Below are positions 13,277 to 20,494 of a stretch of DNA of 24,099 bases, one piece after another. Under the pieces are notes generated by a model that did no database searches, had not been told where the DNA came from, and saw only the letters and a program-made list of their open reading frames with translations. Position 1 is the stretch's first letter. Each line of letters starts with the position of its first letter. The DNA is taken from the IMG/VR virus record IMGVR_UViG_3300036985_000776, positions 1 to 24,099 of that record; one strand, 5' to 3'. The stretch is from a virus (Duplodnaviria > Caudoviricetes). A program made the position numbers and the translations under genes.

Positions 13277-15751
13277 ATGAGCGATATGGCGAAGAAGGCC
13301 CGTGCGGCCATGAAGGAGCGGGCGCAGCGCCGCGCCGAACCCGGCAAGAGCGACATCGATGCTTCCGGCTGGCGCGAGCCGCTGATGGAGACCACAAAGA
13401 AGACGGGCGCTCGCCCGATCACCAAGCGCGCGTTCAAGCGCGGCGGCAAGGTGAACATGAAGGCCGAAGGGCCTGAAGGTCTGAAGCACGCTGGCAAGAA
13501 GCCGCGCGGCAATCACGATGACGCGGCCATGGACAAGAAGCTCATCAAGTCCATGGTGAGCCAGAAGGCGCTGAAGAAGGCGGATGGCGGCCAGACCGTC
13601 AATCGCGCGGGCAAGGGTGACTATGCCGGTAACTATCCGGCTGATTTGTCGAACGCTGATCTGGCAAAGATTCTCGCCGCGAAGGCCGCGGCAGACGCCA
13701 AGGAAAAGGCATTTCAGGCCAACCAGCCGCACAAGCGTGGCGGCAAGGTCGCTCACGACAAGGATTGCGCGTGCAAGGCGTGCGGTGGCGCGGCCATGGG
13801 CAAGGCTGATGGCGGCAGCACCTACGGCGATTCAACCCCGCTTCGTCTGGTGAAGACCATCAAGGGTTCTAACCCGAACAAGCACGCCAAGGTCTACAAG
13901 GACAAGGATTGGGGCGAGTACCGAGTCAAGCATTATGAGAACGGCAAGCATCTCGAAAAGGCCGACGCTCATACCGACGACAAAGAAGACGCCATGGATA
14001 CGGCGAACTATTTTGTGAATAAGAAGCGCGGCGGCAGCGTCAATCACATGGGCAAGGCTTCCGGTGGTGATGTCGAAGACAATTCGCCGCCCGACGCAAT
14101 GGCCGGTCTTCCGCGTTACAATGAAGACGCCGTCAACAAGGCGATTGCCGCTTCAAACCGTTCCGGCAAGAAGATCGGCAAGAAGGAAGCCGAAATGATC
14201 CACGCCGTGCTTAAGGGCCGCACCGGACGCAATGACGGCGGAAAAGATAATTCTAACTCTGATGACCAATTTAAGCATCCGTATTTTGGCGATGTTCGCC
14301 AGTACGAAGGCAAGAAATGGGACGAAGAAAAGGAAAAGTGGATCGATAAAAAGAGCCGCACCGGGCGCAAGTCTGGCGGTCGCACGGGCAAGGCTGGCGG
14401 TGGAAAATTCGGTATCGACAACCCGTTTGAGGGTGAAGCCGGTGACGCGCTCGACATGGGCGCATCGATCATGTCGCCCGCCTACGCGCTCGCGCGTGGC
14501 AAGCTCCCCGGCCTGAACGGCGTTATGGCTGGCCTGATGGGCGGCAAGGGCAAGAAGGCCGGTGGCGCTGCCAAGGGCAACTATGAGGGCGGCACCCGCC
14601 CGACCGGCGGTCGCATTGCCAAGCAGGGCGGTGGGTCGCTGCAGGGCCTCAACATAGGCCGTGGCATGGGCAACAGCAGCATGGGCGGCGGTCAGTCCGG
14701 TATGATGGGCCGGGCGAACGGCATGGGCCGCGGAATGGGTGGAATGGGCCGTGGGATGGGTGGCAACCCCCCGATTGGCACCAACCCCGCGACGGGCATG
14801 CCCCGCCCCGACGCAATGCTGGGAGTGATGCCAGCCCGCCCGGTTCTGGGCCGCGATGGCGCAAGCTATAACTCCCCGCCCATGTCAATGCCGCCCGGCC
14901 TTGGCCGCGGCATGCCTGCGCCGCTTTCGGGTGCAATGCCCATGGGCCAGCAGCCCTATGGAAACATGTCACAGATGGGGGCGCAGCAGAGCGCCATGGG
15001 TGCCCCGCTTAACGCTCTTTCCGGTCAAAGCGCCATGGGTACCCCGCTGGGTTCTCTCTATGGTGGCGCTCCGATTGGCCTCAAGACCGGCGGTCGTGCG
15101 CAGCGCAAGAGTGGCGGTCGCATTGCCAAGCAGGGTGGCGGCAGCCTGCAGGGGGGCCAGAAGGAGGGCGCGGGTGATGAAAACCTGCGGAGCATGCTCA
15201 AGCAGGCCATGAAAACTTCTGGGGGCCACCCCATGGCCACCATGATGCAATTGATGGATGACCCCAGTGCGCTTTTTGCGGCAGCCCGTAATGGCCGCGG
15301 CAAAGAAGTGATGCCTACTGGTTCTGGCGCATCGTCTGGAGAAGCCATGCCCACTGGTTCTCGCGTACCGTATTATGAGACTCTGGGCCGTAAGGATGGC
15401 GGTCGGACCAAGGGCAAGACCAGCATCAACATCAATATCAATACGGCTCCCAAGCCGCAGATGCCCATGCCCATGCCAATGCCGCCCCTGCCGCCCATGG
15501 GCGCTGGTGGCCCGCCTATGGGTATGCCCCCGGATGCCGGTGGCCCGCCCCCCGGCATGCCGCCTATGCCCCCCATGGGCGCTGGTGGTCCTCCGCCCGG
15601 TATGCCGCCCCTGCCGCCCCCCGAAATGATGGCTGCAATGGGCCGCAAGGCTGGTGGTCGCGTCTATCGTTCTGCCAAGGACATGGATGCCGGTGCTGGT
15701 GGCGGTCTGGGCCGTCTCGAAAAGACGGAAATCCAGAAGCGCAAGAGATAA
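13277..15751 (+). CDS. basic low-complexity protein with about 17 [KR]xxGG motifs and a Pro/Met-rich C-terminus; putative internal virion (poly)protein
   Basis: AGGAG RBS; 824-aa ORF with strong codon bias; repeated KRGGKV/KADGG/RKSGGR units. Confidence 0.85.
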   Translation: MSDMAKKARAAMKERAQRRAEPGKSDIDASGWREPLMETTKKTGARPITKRAFKRGGKVNMKAEGPEGLKHAGKKPRGNHDDAAMDKKLIKSMVSQKALKKADGGQTVNRAGKGDYAGNYPADLSNADLAKILAAKAAADAKEKAFQANQPHKRGGKVAHDKDCACKACGGAAMGKADGGSTYGDSTPLRLVKTIKGSNPNKHAKVYKDKDWGEYRVKHYENGKHLEKADAHTDDKEDAMDTANYFVNKKRGGSVNHMGKASGGDVEDNSPPDAMAGLPRYNEDAVNKAIAASNRSGKKIGKKEAEMIHAVLKGRTGRNDGGKDNSNSDDQFKHPYFGDVRQYEGKKWDEEKEKWIDKKSRTGRKSGGRTGKAGGGKFGIDNPFEGEAGDALDMGASIMSPAYALARGKLPGLNGVMAGLMGGKGKKAGGAAKGNYEGGTRPTGGRIAKQGGGSLQGLNIGRGMGNSSMGGGQSGMMGRANGMGRGMGGMGRGMGGNPPIGTNPATGMPRPDAMLGVMPARPVLGRDGASYNSPPMSMPPGLGRGMPAPLSGAMPMGQQPYGNMSQMGAQQSAMGAPLNALSGQSAMGTPLGSLYGGAPIGLKTGGRAQRKSGGRIAKQGGGSLQGGQKEGAGDENLRSMLKQAMKTSGGHPMATMMQLMDDPSALFAAARNGRGKEVMPTGSGASSGEAMPTGSRVPYYETLGRKDGGRTKGKTSINININTAPKPQMPMPMPMPPLPPMGAGGPPMGMPPDAGGPPPGMPPMPPMGAGGPPPGMPPLPPPEMMAAMGRKAGGRVYRSAKDMDAGAGGGLGRLEKTEIQKRKR
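14606..15135 (+). repeat. 23-bp exact intragenic direct repeat (14606-14628 and 15113-15135) encoding GGRIAKQG
   Basis: GGCGGTCGCATTGCCAAGCAGGG twice; peptide GGRIAKQGGGSLQG duplicated. Confidence 0.9.
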
Positions 15752-15818
15752 CGGGTCAGTAGTCATGCCCTGACCTGTTCGTGGGGGTGGAGTGTTCTCT
15801 CCAGCATTCCGCCCCCAT
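15750..15818 (+). promoter_or_regulatory. two intergenic hairpins, the second with an anti-SD loop (CTCTCC)
   Basis: Stem 15750-15759/15770-15779; 15-bp stem with G-U pairs 15782-15796/15803-15817 and loop CTCTCC. Confidence 0.6.
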
Positions 15819-15843
15819 ATTAAAATGGAGAGATGGAGAGGGA

Positions 15844-16029
15844 ATGGAACGACTAGCAAGAGAATTGCGCAAGCTCATCGATGCGCGCATCGCAGAGCTT
15901 CGTGACAACGTGTCTTCCGGCCTTTTGAGCGACATGACGGAATACAAAAGGCAGACGGGACACATAGAAGGTTTGAAAGCCGCTCTGGATATTTTGGAGC
16001 AGGCCATTTCGAACATCAACAAAGAGTAA
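15844..16029 (+). CDS. small helical hypothetical protein preceding GroES
   Basis: Doubled TGGAGAG RBS; ..EYKRQTGHIEGL..A pattern; 61 aa. Confidence 0.8.
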   Translation: MERLARELRKLIDARIAELRDNVSSGLLSDMTEYKRQTGHIEGLKAALDILEQAISNINKE

Positions 16030-16041
16030 CTGGAGAGAAGA

Positions 16042-16428
16042 ATGTCGATTATGCCTATGATGCATGAAGTGGATCCGGCAGAGGATCTGCGCACCAAGAT
16101 CGGTGACCTGTCGGGGTTCAATTTGATTGGCCCCAAGGTGCTGTGCGCAATCTATGTGCGCCCCGAAAAGACCAAGGGCGGGATCATTCTGAGCAACAAG
16201 ACCCGCGATGAAGACATTTATCAGGGCAAGATCGGCCTGATCGTGAAGGTTGGCGTCAATGTGGGCGTAGACCCCGATTGGTTTGGCGACAACAAGCTGG
16301 AAATAGGCGCATGGGCCGGGTTCCGCGCATCTGATGGCTATTCGCTCATCGTCAACGGCGTCAACTGTCGCATCCTTGAGGATGTCAGGGTTCAGTGCAT
16401 CGCCTCCCACCCTGATTTGATTTGGTAA
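16042..16428 (+). CDS. groES: phage GroES-like co-chaperonin (Cpn10)
   Basis: KVL...PEKTKGGIIL mobile loop, GLIVKVG, then G.W..F....G.....NG...RIL.D..V. Confidence 0.85.
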   Translation: MSIMPMMHEVDPAEDLRTKIGDLSGFNLIGPKVLCAIYVRPEKTKGGIILSNKTRDEDIYQGKIGLIVKVGVNVGVDPDWFGDNKLEIGAWAGFRASDGYSLIVNGVNCRILEDVRVQCIASHPDLIW

Positions 16429-16438
16429 GGAGAGACCA

Positions 16439-17353
16439 ATGGCCGACGAAAACGAAACAATTGAGATTGAAATCAAGGATGATCCAGCCCCGAAGGCTGA
16501 AGACGACATCCTGATTCAAGACGCGGTCGAAGAAAAGCCCGCAAAGCGGCGCGAAATCAGCCCGCGTGAGGGCATTCAGGAACTCAAGCAGAAGCTTGAG
16601 CTTGAGCGTCAGGCTCGCCTTGAGGCTGAGAACCGCGAGCGCAACGCATCGTCTCAGGCGTATGCCATGCGCAATGAGGTGGCGAGCAACCAGCACCAGC
16701 TTGTCAGCAATACGCTCGATTTTGTGAAGCAAGAGCGGGCGAACATGAAGGCCGCCTATAGTCAGGCGCTGTCTGCTGGTGATTACGATGCCGCTGCGGA
16801 GATCAACGACCGCATTGCCGACATGGCCGCCAAGATCCTTGATCTGGAAAACGGCAAGGCCGCCATGGAAGCTCAGGCACAGCAGCCCCAGCAGCCCCAG
16901 CAGCAGCAGTCCGGCGATTCCGTCGAGGCCTTTGCTTCGCGTCTCACGCCGCGGTCTGCATCGTGGGTCCGTTCGCACCCTGAATATGTGCGGAACCCGC
17001 GCCTGAACCAGAAGATGATTGCCGCTCACCAGATGGCCGTCGCTGATGGTATTGAGCCGGATACGGATGAGTATTTCGGCTATGTCGAAGACATGCTGCA
17101 GGTGAAGAACCAGCCTTATCGTGACGGTGGCGAAGAGTCCATGTCGGGCGCATCCAAGCCCGTCCAGCGCCGATCGTCGCCTGCGGCAGCCCCGGTGAGC
17201 CGCAGCATGAGCAGCAGCGGCGGAAGGCCGAATGTCGTCACGCTCACGCCCGAAATGCGAGAGATCGCCAAGAACTTGGGCCAGACGCCAGAAGAATATG
17301 CAAAGAACCGCCTCGCGCTCATCCGCGAAGGCCGTATCAACAGCGACAATTGA
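16439..17353 (+). CDS. putative capsid scaffolding protein
   Basis: Acidic N-terminus, long coiled coil, C-terminal VTLTPEMREIAKNLGQTPEEYAK helix pair; position in head module. Confidence 0.7.
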   Translation: MADENETIEIEIKDDPAPKAEDDILIQDAVEEKPAKRREISPREGIQELKQKLELERQARLEAENRERNASSQAYAMRNEVASNQHQLVSNTLDFVKQERANMKAAYSQALSAGDYDAAAEINDRIADMAAKILDLENGKAAMEAQAQQPQQPQQQQSGDSVEAFASRLTPRSASWVRSHPEYVRNPRLNQKMIAAHQMAVADGIEPDTDEYFGYVEDMLQVKNQPYRDGGEESMSGASKPVQRRSSPAAAPVSRSMSSSGGRPNVVTLTPEMREIAKNLGQTPEEYAKNRLALIREGRINSDN

Positions 17354-17364
17354 TGGAGAGAAAA

Positions 17365-17874
17365 ATGGAAAACGACACAACGAACGCTGAAGGCAAGGGC
17401 AAGATGTCCTCGCTGAAATCGGCCAAGAAGCGCGCCGAAGAAATCAGAAAGCACCTTGGTGGAGACCTTGACGAGGGCGTCGATGATTTCTTTGTAGACC
17501 CCAACAGCATCCCGGAAGGGTGGACCTATGAGTGGAAGCGCCACACGGTGTTTGGTATGGAGGATCCGACATATCAGGTCGCCCTTCGCCGCACCGGCTG
17601 GGCACCCGTGCCTGCCGCTCGCCACCCTGAGATGATGCCTGTCGGGCACAAGGACGACACGATTCTCCGCAAGGGCATGATCCTCATGGAGCGTCCAGAA
17701 GAGATCACTCAAGAGGTGCGCTCTATCGACAAAAAGCGCGCGCGGGATCAGGTGCGCGTCAAGGAACAGCAGCTTAGTGAGGCCCCGAACGGCCAATTTG
17801 AGCGCAAAAACAAGGATTCTTCGCTGGCAAAGGTGAAGAAATCATTTGAGGCGATGCCGATCCCGGAAGAATAA
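17365..17874 (+). CDS. conserved hypothetical head-module protein
   Basis: TGGAGAG RBS before ATG 17365; IPEGWTYEWKR...GWAPVP...HPE...GMILMERP motif. Confidence 0.8.
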   Translation: MENDTTNAEGKGKMSSLKSAKKRAEEIRKHLGGDLDEGVDDFFVDPNSIPEGWTYEWKRHTVFGMEDPTYQVALRRTGWAPVPAARHPEMMPVGHKDDTILRKGMILMERPEEITQEVRSIDKKRARDQVRVKEQQLSEAPNGQFERKNKDSSLAKVKKSFEAMPIPEE

Positions 17875-17893
17875 ACCTCATTGATTCAAGAAT

Positions 17894-17928
17894 AAAAGCC
17901 CGTGTTTCATGTGAAACACGGGTTTTTT
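17894..17928. terminator. bidirectional intrinsic terminator
   Basis: AAAAGCCCGTGTTTC-ATGT-GAAACACGGGTTTTTT: stem flanked by A and T tracts. Confidence 0.8.
17903..17918. promoter_or_regulatory. parS: parS-like palindrome (candidate ParB/Spo0J binding site)
   Basis: TGTTTCATGTGAAACA matches the chromosomal parS consensus TGTTTCACGTGAAACA at 15 of 16 positions. Confidence 0.65.
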
Positions 17929-17948
17929 CTATGTTAAAAGCCGATATA

Positions 17949-17982
17949 TTGACTTGAACGCAATTTTGCTGCTTAATATCGC
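17949..17982 (+). promoter_or_regulatory. probable capsid-operon promoter region
   Basis: TTGACT and overlapping TTGAAC -35-like hexamers followed by AT-rich CTTAATATC, downstream of a terminator; the exact -10 is ambiguous. Confidence 0.4.
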
Positions 17983-17985
17983 AAT

Positions 17986-18045
17986 CTTCCCCCCGGCGTG
18001 GGAAGTAAAACAATATCCCGGTTCTCAGTCGCCCCGGTGCGCGAC
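17986..18045 (+). promoter_or_regulatory. tandem leader hairpins with a shared 8-nt CCCGGYGY loop
   Basis: CTTCCC-CCCGGCGT-GGGAAG and GTCGC-CCCGGTGC-GCGAC. Confidence 0.5.
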
Positions 18046-18077
18046 ACGCGAGACCCTCCTGAAACAAGGATATACCT

Positions 18078-19046
18078 ATGCCGAATACTTTCGCGGCTAA
18101 TGGGTTCTCCCAGTACAGCGGCAACGGTACAACTCCGTCGTATGAGTTGATCACCATGGCCATTGCGTCTGGCAATACGAACCCGATTTTCAATGGTGAT
18201 CCGGTCGTGCAGGCCGCCAGCGCAACTGGTATCGGCACCGGCTACATCACTCAGGCTTATGGTCCCGTCACCCTGACGGTTGCCGCCACGGCCATCACCT
18301 CTTCCGCTGCAGGCGTTCTGACGGTGACCTTCACCGCCGCGACGGCAACCAGCGGCACAGCACCCCCGGCCACCCCCAATGCTTGGGCACCCCCGGTCGG
18401 CTCTACGCTGATCATCAATGGTTCGACGATGTCTTCGGGCAACCTCAACGGTGCCTACACGGTCACGTCGTCCACTACGACCACTGCCGTCGTCGCCAAC
18501 AGCGGCGCGACGATCAGCGCCACCTCGACGGCTTCCGGCACGGTTACCGTGATCGTTCCCGTCGCTGGCGTCTTCAATGGTTGTCAGTATCTTTCGACCA
18601 CCACGAAGCGTCAGGAATGGTCTTCCTACTGGCCGGGGTCCGGCTCGACGGGCGACGTGCAGGCCAAGGTCATCGCTGACCCGAATGCCCGTTTCCTTGT
18701 TCAGACCGCCAATTCGAACACCACTGCCACGGCAGTTGGTCTCGCTTCGGTCGGCCAGAACATCAGCTTCAACTGGAACGATTCGACGGCAACGGGCGAA
18801 ACCAACGGCAATACTGCCAGCGGTCAGTCCACGTTCTTCGCTGATCAGTTCTCCCTCATCGCCAACTCTGCGGCAGGCCCGGCGGCAAACGCCTACCTCC
18901 CCTTCCGCGTCATTGCTTTGGCAAACTATGTTCCCGGTCAGGCCAGCCCGCTGGCCAGCATCAATGGGAATGATCATACAGCAGGTTACAACGACATCAT
19001 TGTTGGTTTCAACAATGCCATGCCGCGTAACTTCGCTGGCATCTGA
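18078..19046 (+). CDS. putative capsid decoration/cement protein with an inserted Thr/Ser-rich beta domain
   Basis: AAGGA RBS; immediately before MCP; IFNGDPV...GVFNGCQY...YWP...V..DP...F.VQ motifs. Confidence 0.7.
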   Translation: MPNTFAANGFSQYSGNGTTPSYELITMAIASGNTNPIFNGDPVVQAASATGIGTGYITQAYGPVTLTVAATAITSSAAGVLTVTFTAATATSGTAPPATPNAWAPPVGSTLIINGSTMSSGNLNGAYTVTSSTTTTAVVANSGATISATSTASGTVTVIVPVAGVFNGCQYLSTTTKRQEWSSYWPGSGSTGDVQAKVIADPNARFLVQTANSNTTATAVGLASVGQNISFNWNDSTATGETNGNTASGQSTFFADQFSLIANSAAGPAANAYLPFRVIALANYVPGQASPLASINGNDHTAGYNDIIVGFNNAMPRNFAGI

Positions 19047-19059
19047 GGAGTAAGGTACA

Positions 19060-19971
19060 ATGGCTGTTAATCTCTCAGCAATCAAAGACCTTCTCCTTCC
19101 CGGTCTCCGTGGGGTCGAAGGCAAGTACGAGATGATCCCGTCTCAGTACGACAAGATCTTCACGAAGCACGATTCGAAGATGGCGCTGGAGCGTACCGCT
19201 GAAATGCGTTACCTCGGCCTCGCGCAGTTGAAGACCGAAGGCGGCCAGACCGCTTTCGACAACGGCGCTGGCGAACGCTACGTCTACAATCAGGAACACA
19301 CGGAAATTGGTCTCGGTTACGGCATCACCCGCAAGGCGATTGACGACAACCTCTACAAGACCCAGTTCCACCCGTCGAACCTTGGTCTCATCGAAAGCTT
19401 CCAGCAGACGAAGGAGATCTACGGTGCGTCGATCCTGAACACGGCGACGACCTACAATGCTGCAGTTGGCGGCGACGGCGTGGCGCTCTGCTCCACGGCT
19501 CACCCCATCGACGGCGGCACTGTCAGCAATCGTCCTGCAGTGGACGTTGATCTGAACGAAGCCACGCTGCTGAATGCGATGATCGCAGTCCGCACGAACT
19601 TCAAGGATCAGGCCGGTCTGAAGGTCTTCGCCCGCGCTCGCAAGCTGATCGTTCCTCCGCAGCTTGAGCCGGTCGCAATTCGTCTGCTGAAGACGGAACT
19701 GCGCCCCGGCACCGCGGACAACGACACGAACGCCATTCTCATGACATCGGGCGGCCTGCCTGAGTCGTTCATGACGAATGACTTCCTCACGTCAACTCGC
19801 AATTGGTTCCTGCTGACGAACATCGATGGTCTCTCTTACATGGAGCGCATCAAGTTCGAAACGGACATGCAGGTTGACTTCGTAACGGACAACCTGTTGG
19901 TCAAGGGCTACGAGCGTTACAGCTTCGGCTACTACAACTGGCGTGCCCTTTTCGGTTCGTTCCCCTCTTAA
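19060..19971 (+). CDS. major capsid protein (Mu gpT-like, HK97 fold)
   Basis: LLPGL, GYGITRKAIDDNLY, GGDGVALCSTAHP, KLIVPPQL, NDFLT...WFLLT, YERYSFGYYNWR motifs; 303 aa; strongly biased codons. Confidence 0.92.
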   Translation: MAVNLSAIKDLLLPGLRGVEGKYEMIPSQYDKIFTKHDSKMALERTAEMRYLGLAQLKTEGGQTAFDNGAGERYVYNQEHTEIGLGYGITRKAIDDNLYKTQFHPSNLGLIESFQQTKEIYGASILNTATTYNAAVGGDGVALCSTAHPIDGGTVSNRPAVDVDLNEATLLNAMIAVRTNFKDQAGLKVFARARKLIVPPQLEPVAIRLLKTELRPGTADNDTNAILMTSGGLPESFMTNDFLTSTRNWFLLTNIDGLSYMERIKFETDMQVDFVTDNLLVKGYERYSFGYYNWRALFGSFPS

Positions 19972-19982
19972 TGATTGGTCCC

Positions 19983-20006
19983 GGCCCCCTCTTAACTGAG
20001 GGGGCC
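19983..20006 (+). other. GC-rich hairpin after MCP (possible mRNA 3' stabiliser or weak terminator)
   Basis: GGCCCCCTC-TTAACT-GAGGGGGCC followed by an A tract rather than a T tract. Confidence 0.55.
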
Positions 20007-20025
20007 ATAAAAAAGGAGTGCCCAG

Positions 20026-20478
20026 ATGGGTGCATCTCATTTTACCGGACCACTCATTAGTGGTCCAATTCTTCAGACTTCAGGAACCACGGTAGGTCAG
20101 GACGTTGCTGACGTTGGTACGGTCATTGTTGCCCAGACAAGCGCGCTTGTGCAGTCTGGAACAGTGACAACTGCCGTTTCGACGAACATCGTCATTCCGG
20201 CATACAGCACGATCACGGCCATCAATCTTATCGTGTCTACTGCATTCACAGGAACTTTCACGGTCGGCACAAGCGCGACCGCGACTGAACTTGTTGCGAC
20301 CGGTGCGACGATCACCAGTGTCGGCAATGTTGCTTTCCCGCCCACAACTCAGGCGAACGCCCTTCTCTGGGAGAGCACCGGTTCAAGCGATGTGCGTATC
20401 TTCATCAAGCCAGCATCCACTGGTTCTGGCGTTGGCACGCTTGTCGTTGCGTACGTTCAAGCTATCAACGCCCCGTAA
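20026..20478 (+). CDS. putative virion structural protein (beta-rich, head-associated)
   Basis: AAGGAG RBS; MG.SHF.GP N-terminus; Thr/Val-rich strands; follows MCP. Confidence 0.7.
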   Translation: MGASHFTGPLISGPILQTSGTTVGQDVADVGTVIVAQTSALVQSGTVTTAVSTNIVIPAYSTITAINLIVSTAFTGTFTVGTSATATELVATGATITSVGNVAFPPTTQANALLWESTGSSDVRIFIKPASTGSGVGTLVVAYVQAINAP

Positions 20479-20494
20479 TCCGTAGGAGGATCTC

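Noticed and set aside
13277-15751. Repeats as a CRISPR array, DGR template/variable repeat or collagen-like fibre
   Set aside because: Repetition is at peptide level with synonymous variation and irregular spacing; no adenine-specific mismatch pattern, reverse transcriptase, cas gene or G-X-Y periodicity
6950-19124. Long minus-strand ORFs (6950..8005, 14969..15859, 16385..17380, 17973..19124 and others)
   Set aside because: They are antisense shadows of GC3-biased plus-strand genes, with Arg/His/Gly-rich non-protein-like translations and no recognisable motifs
19983-20014. Post-MCP hairpin as a canonical intrinsic terminator
   Set aside because: The A tract follows the stem on the + strand, so neither strand has a U tract after the hairpin; kept only as a generic structure
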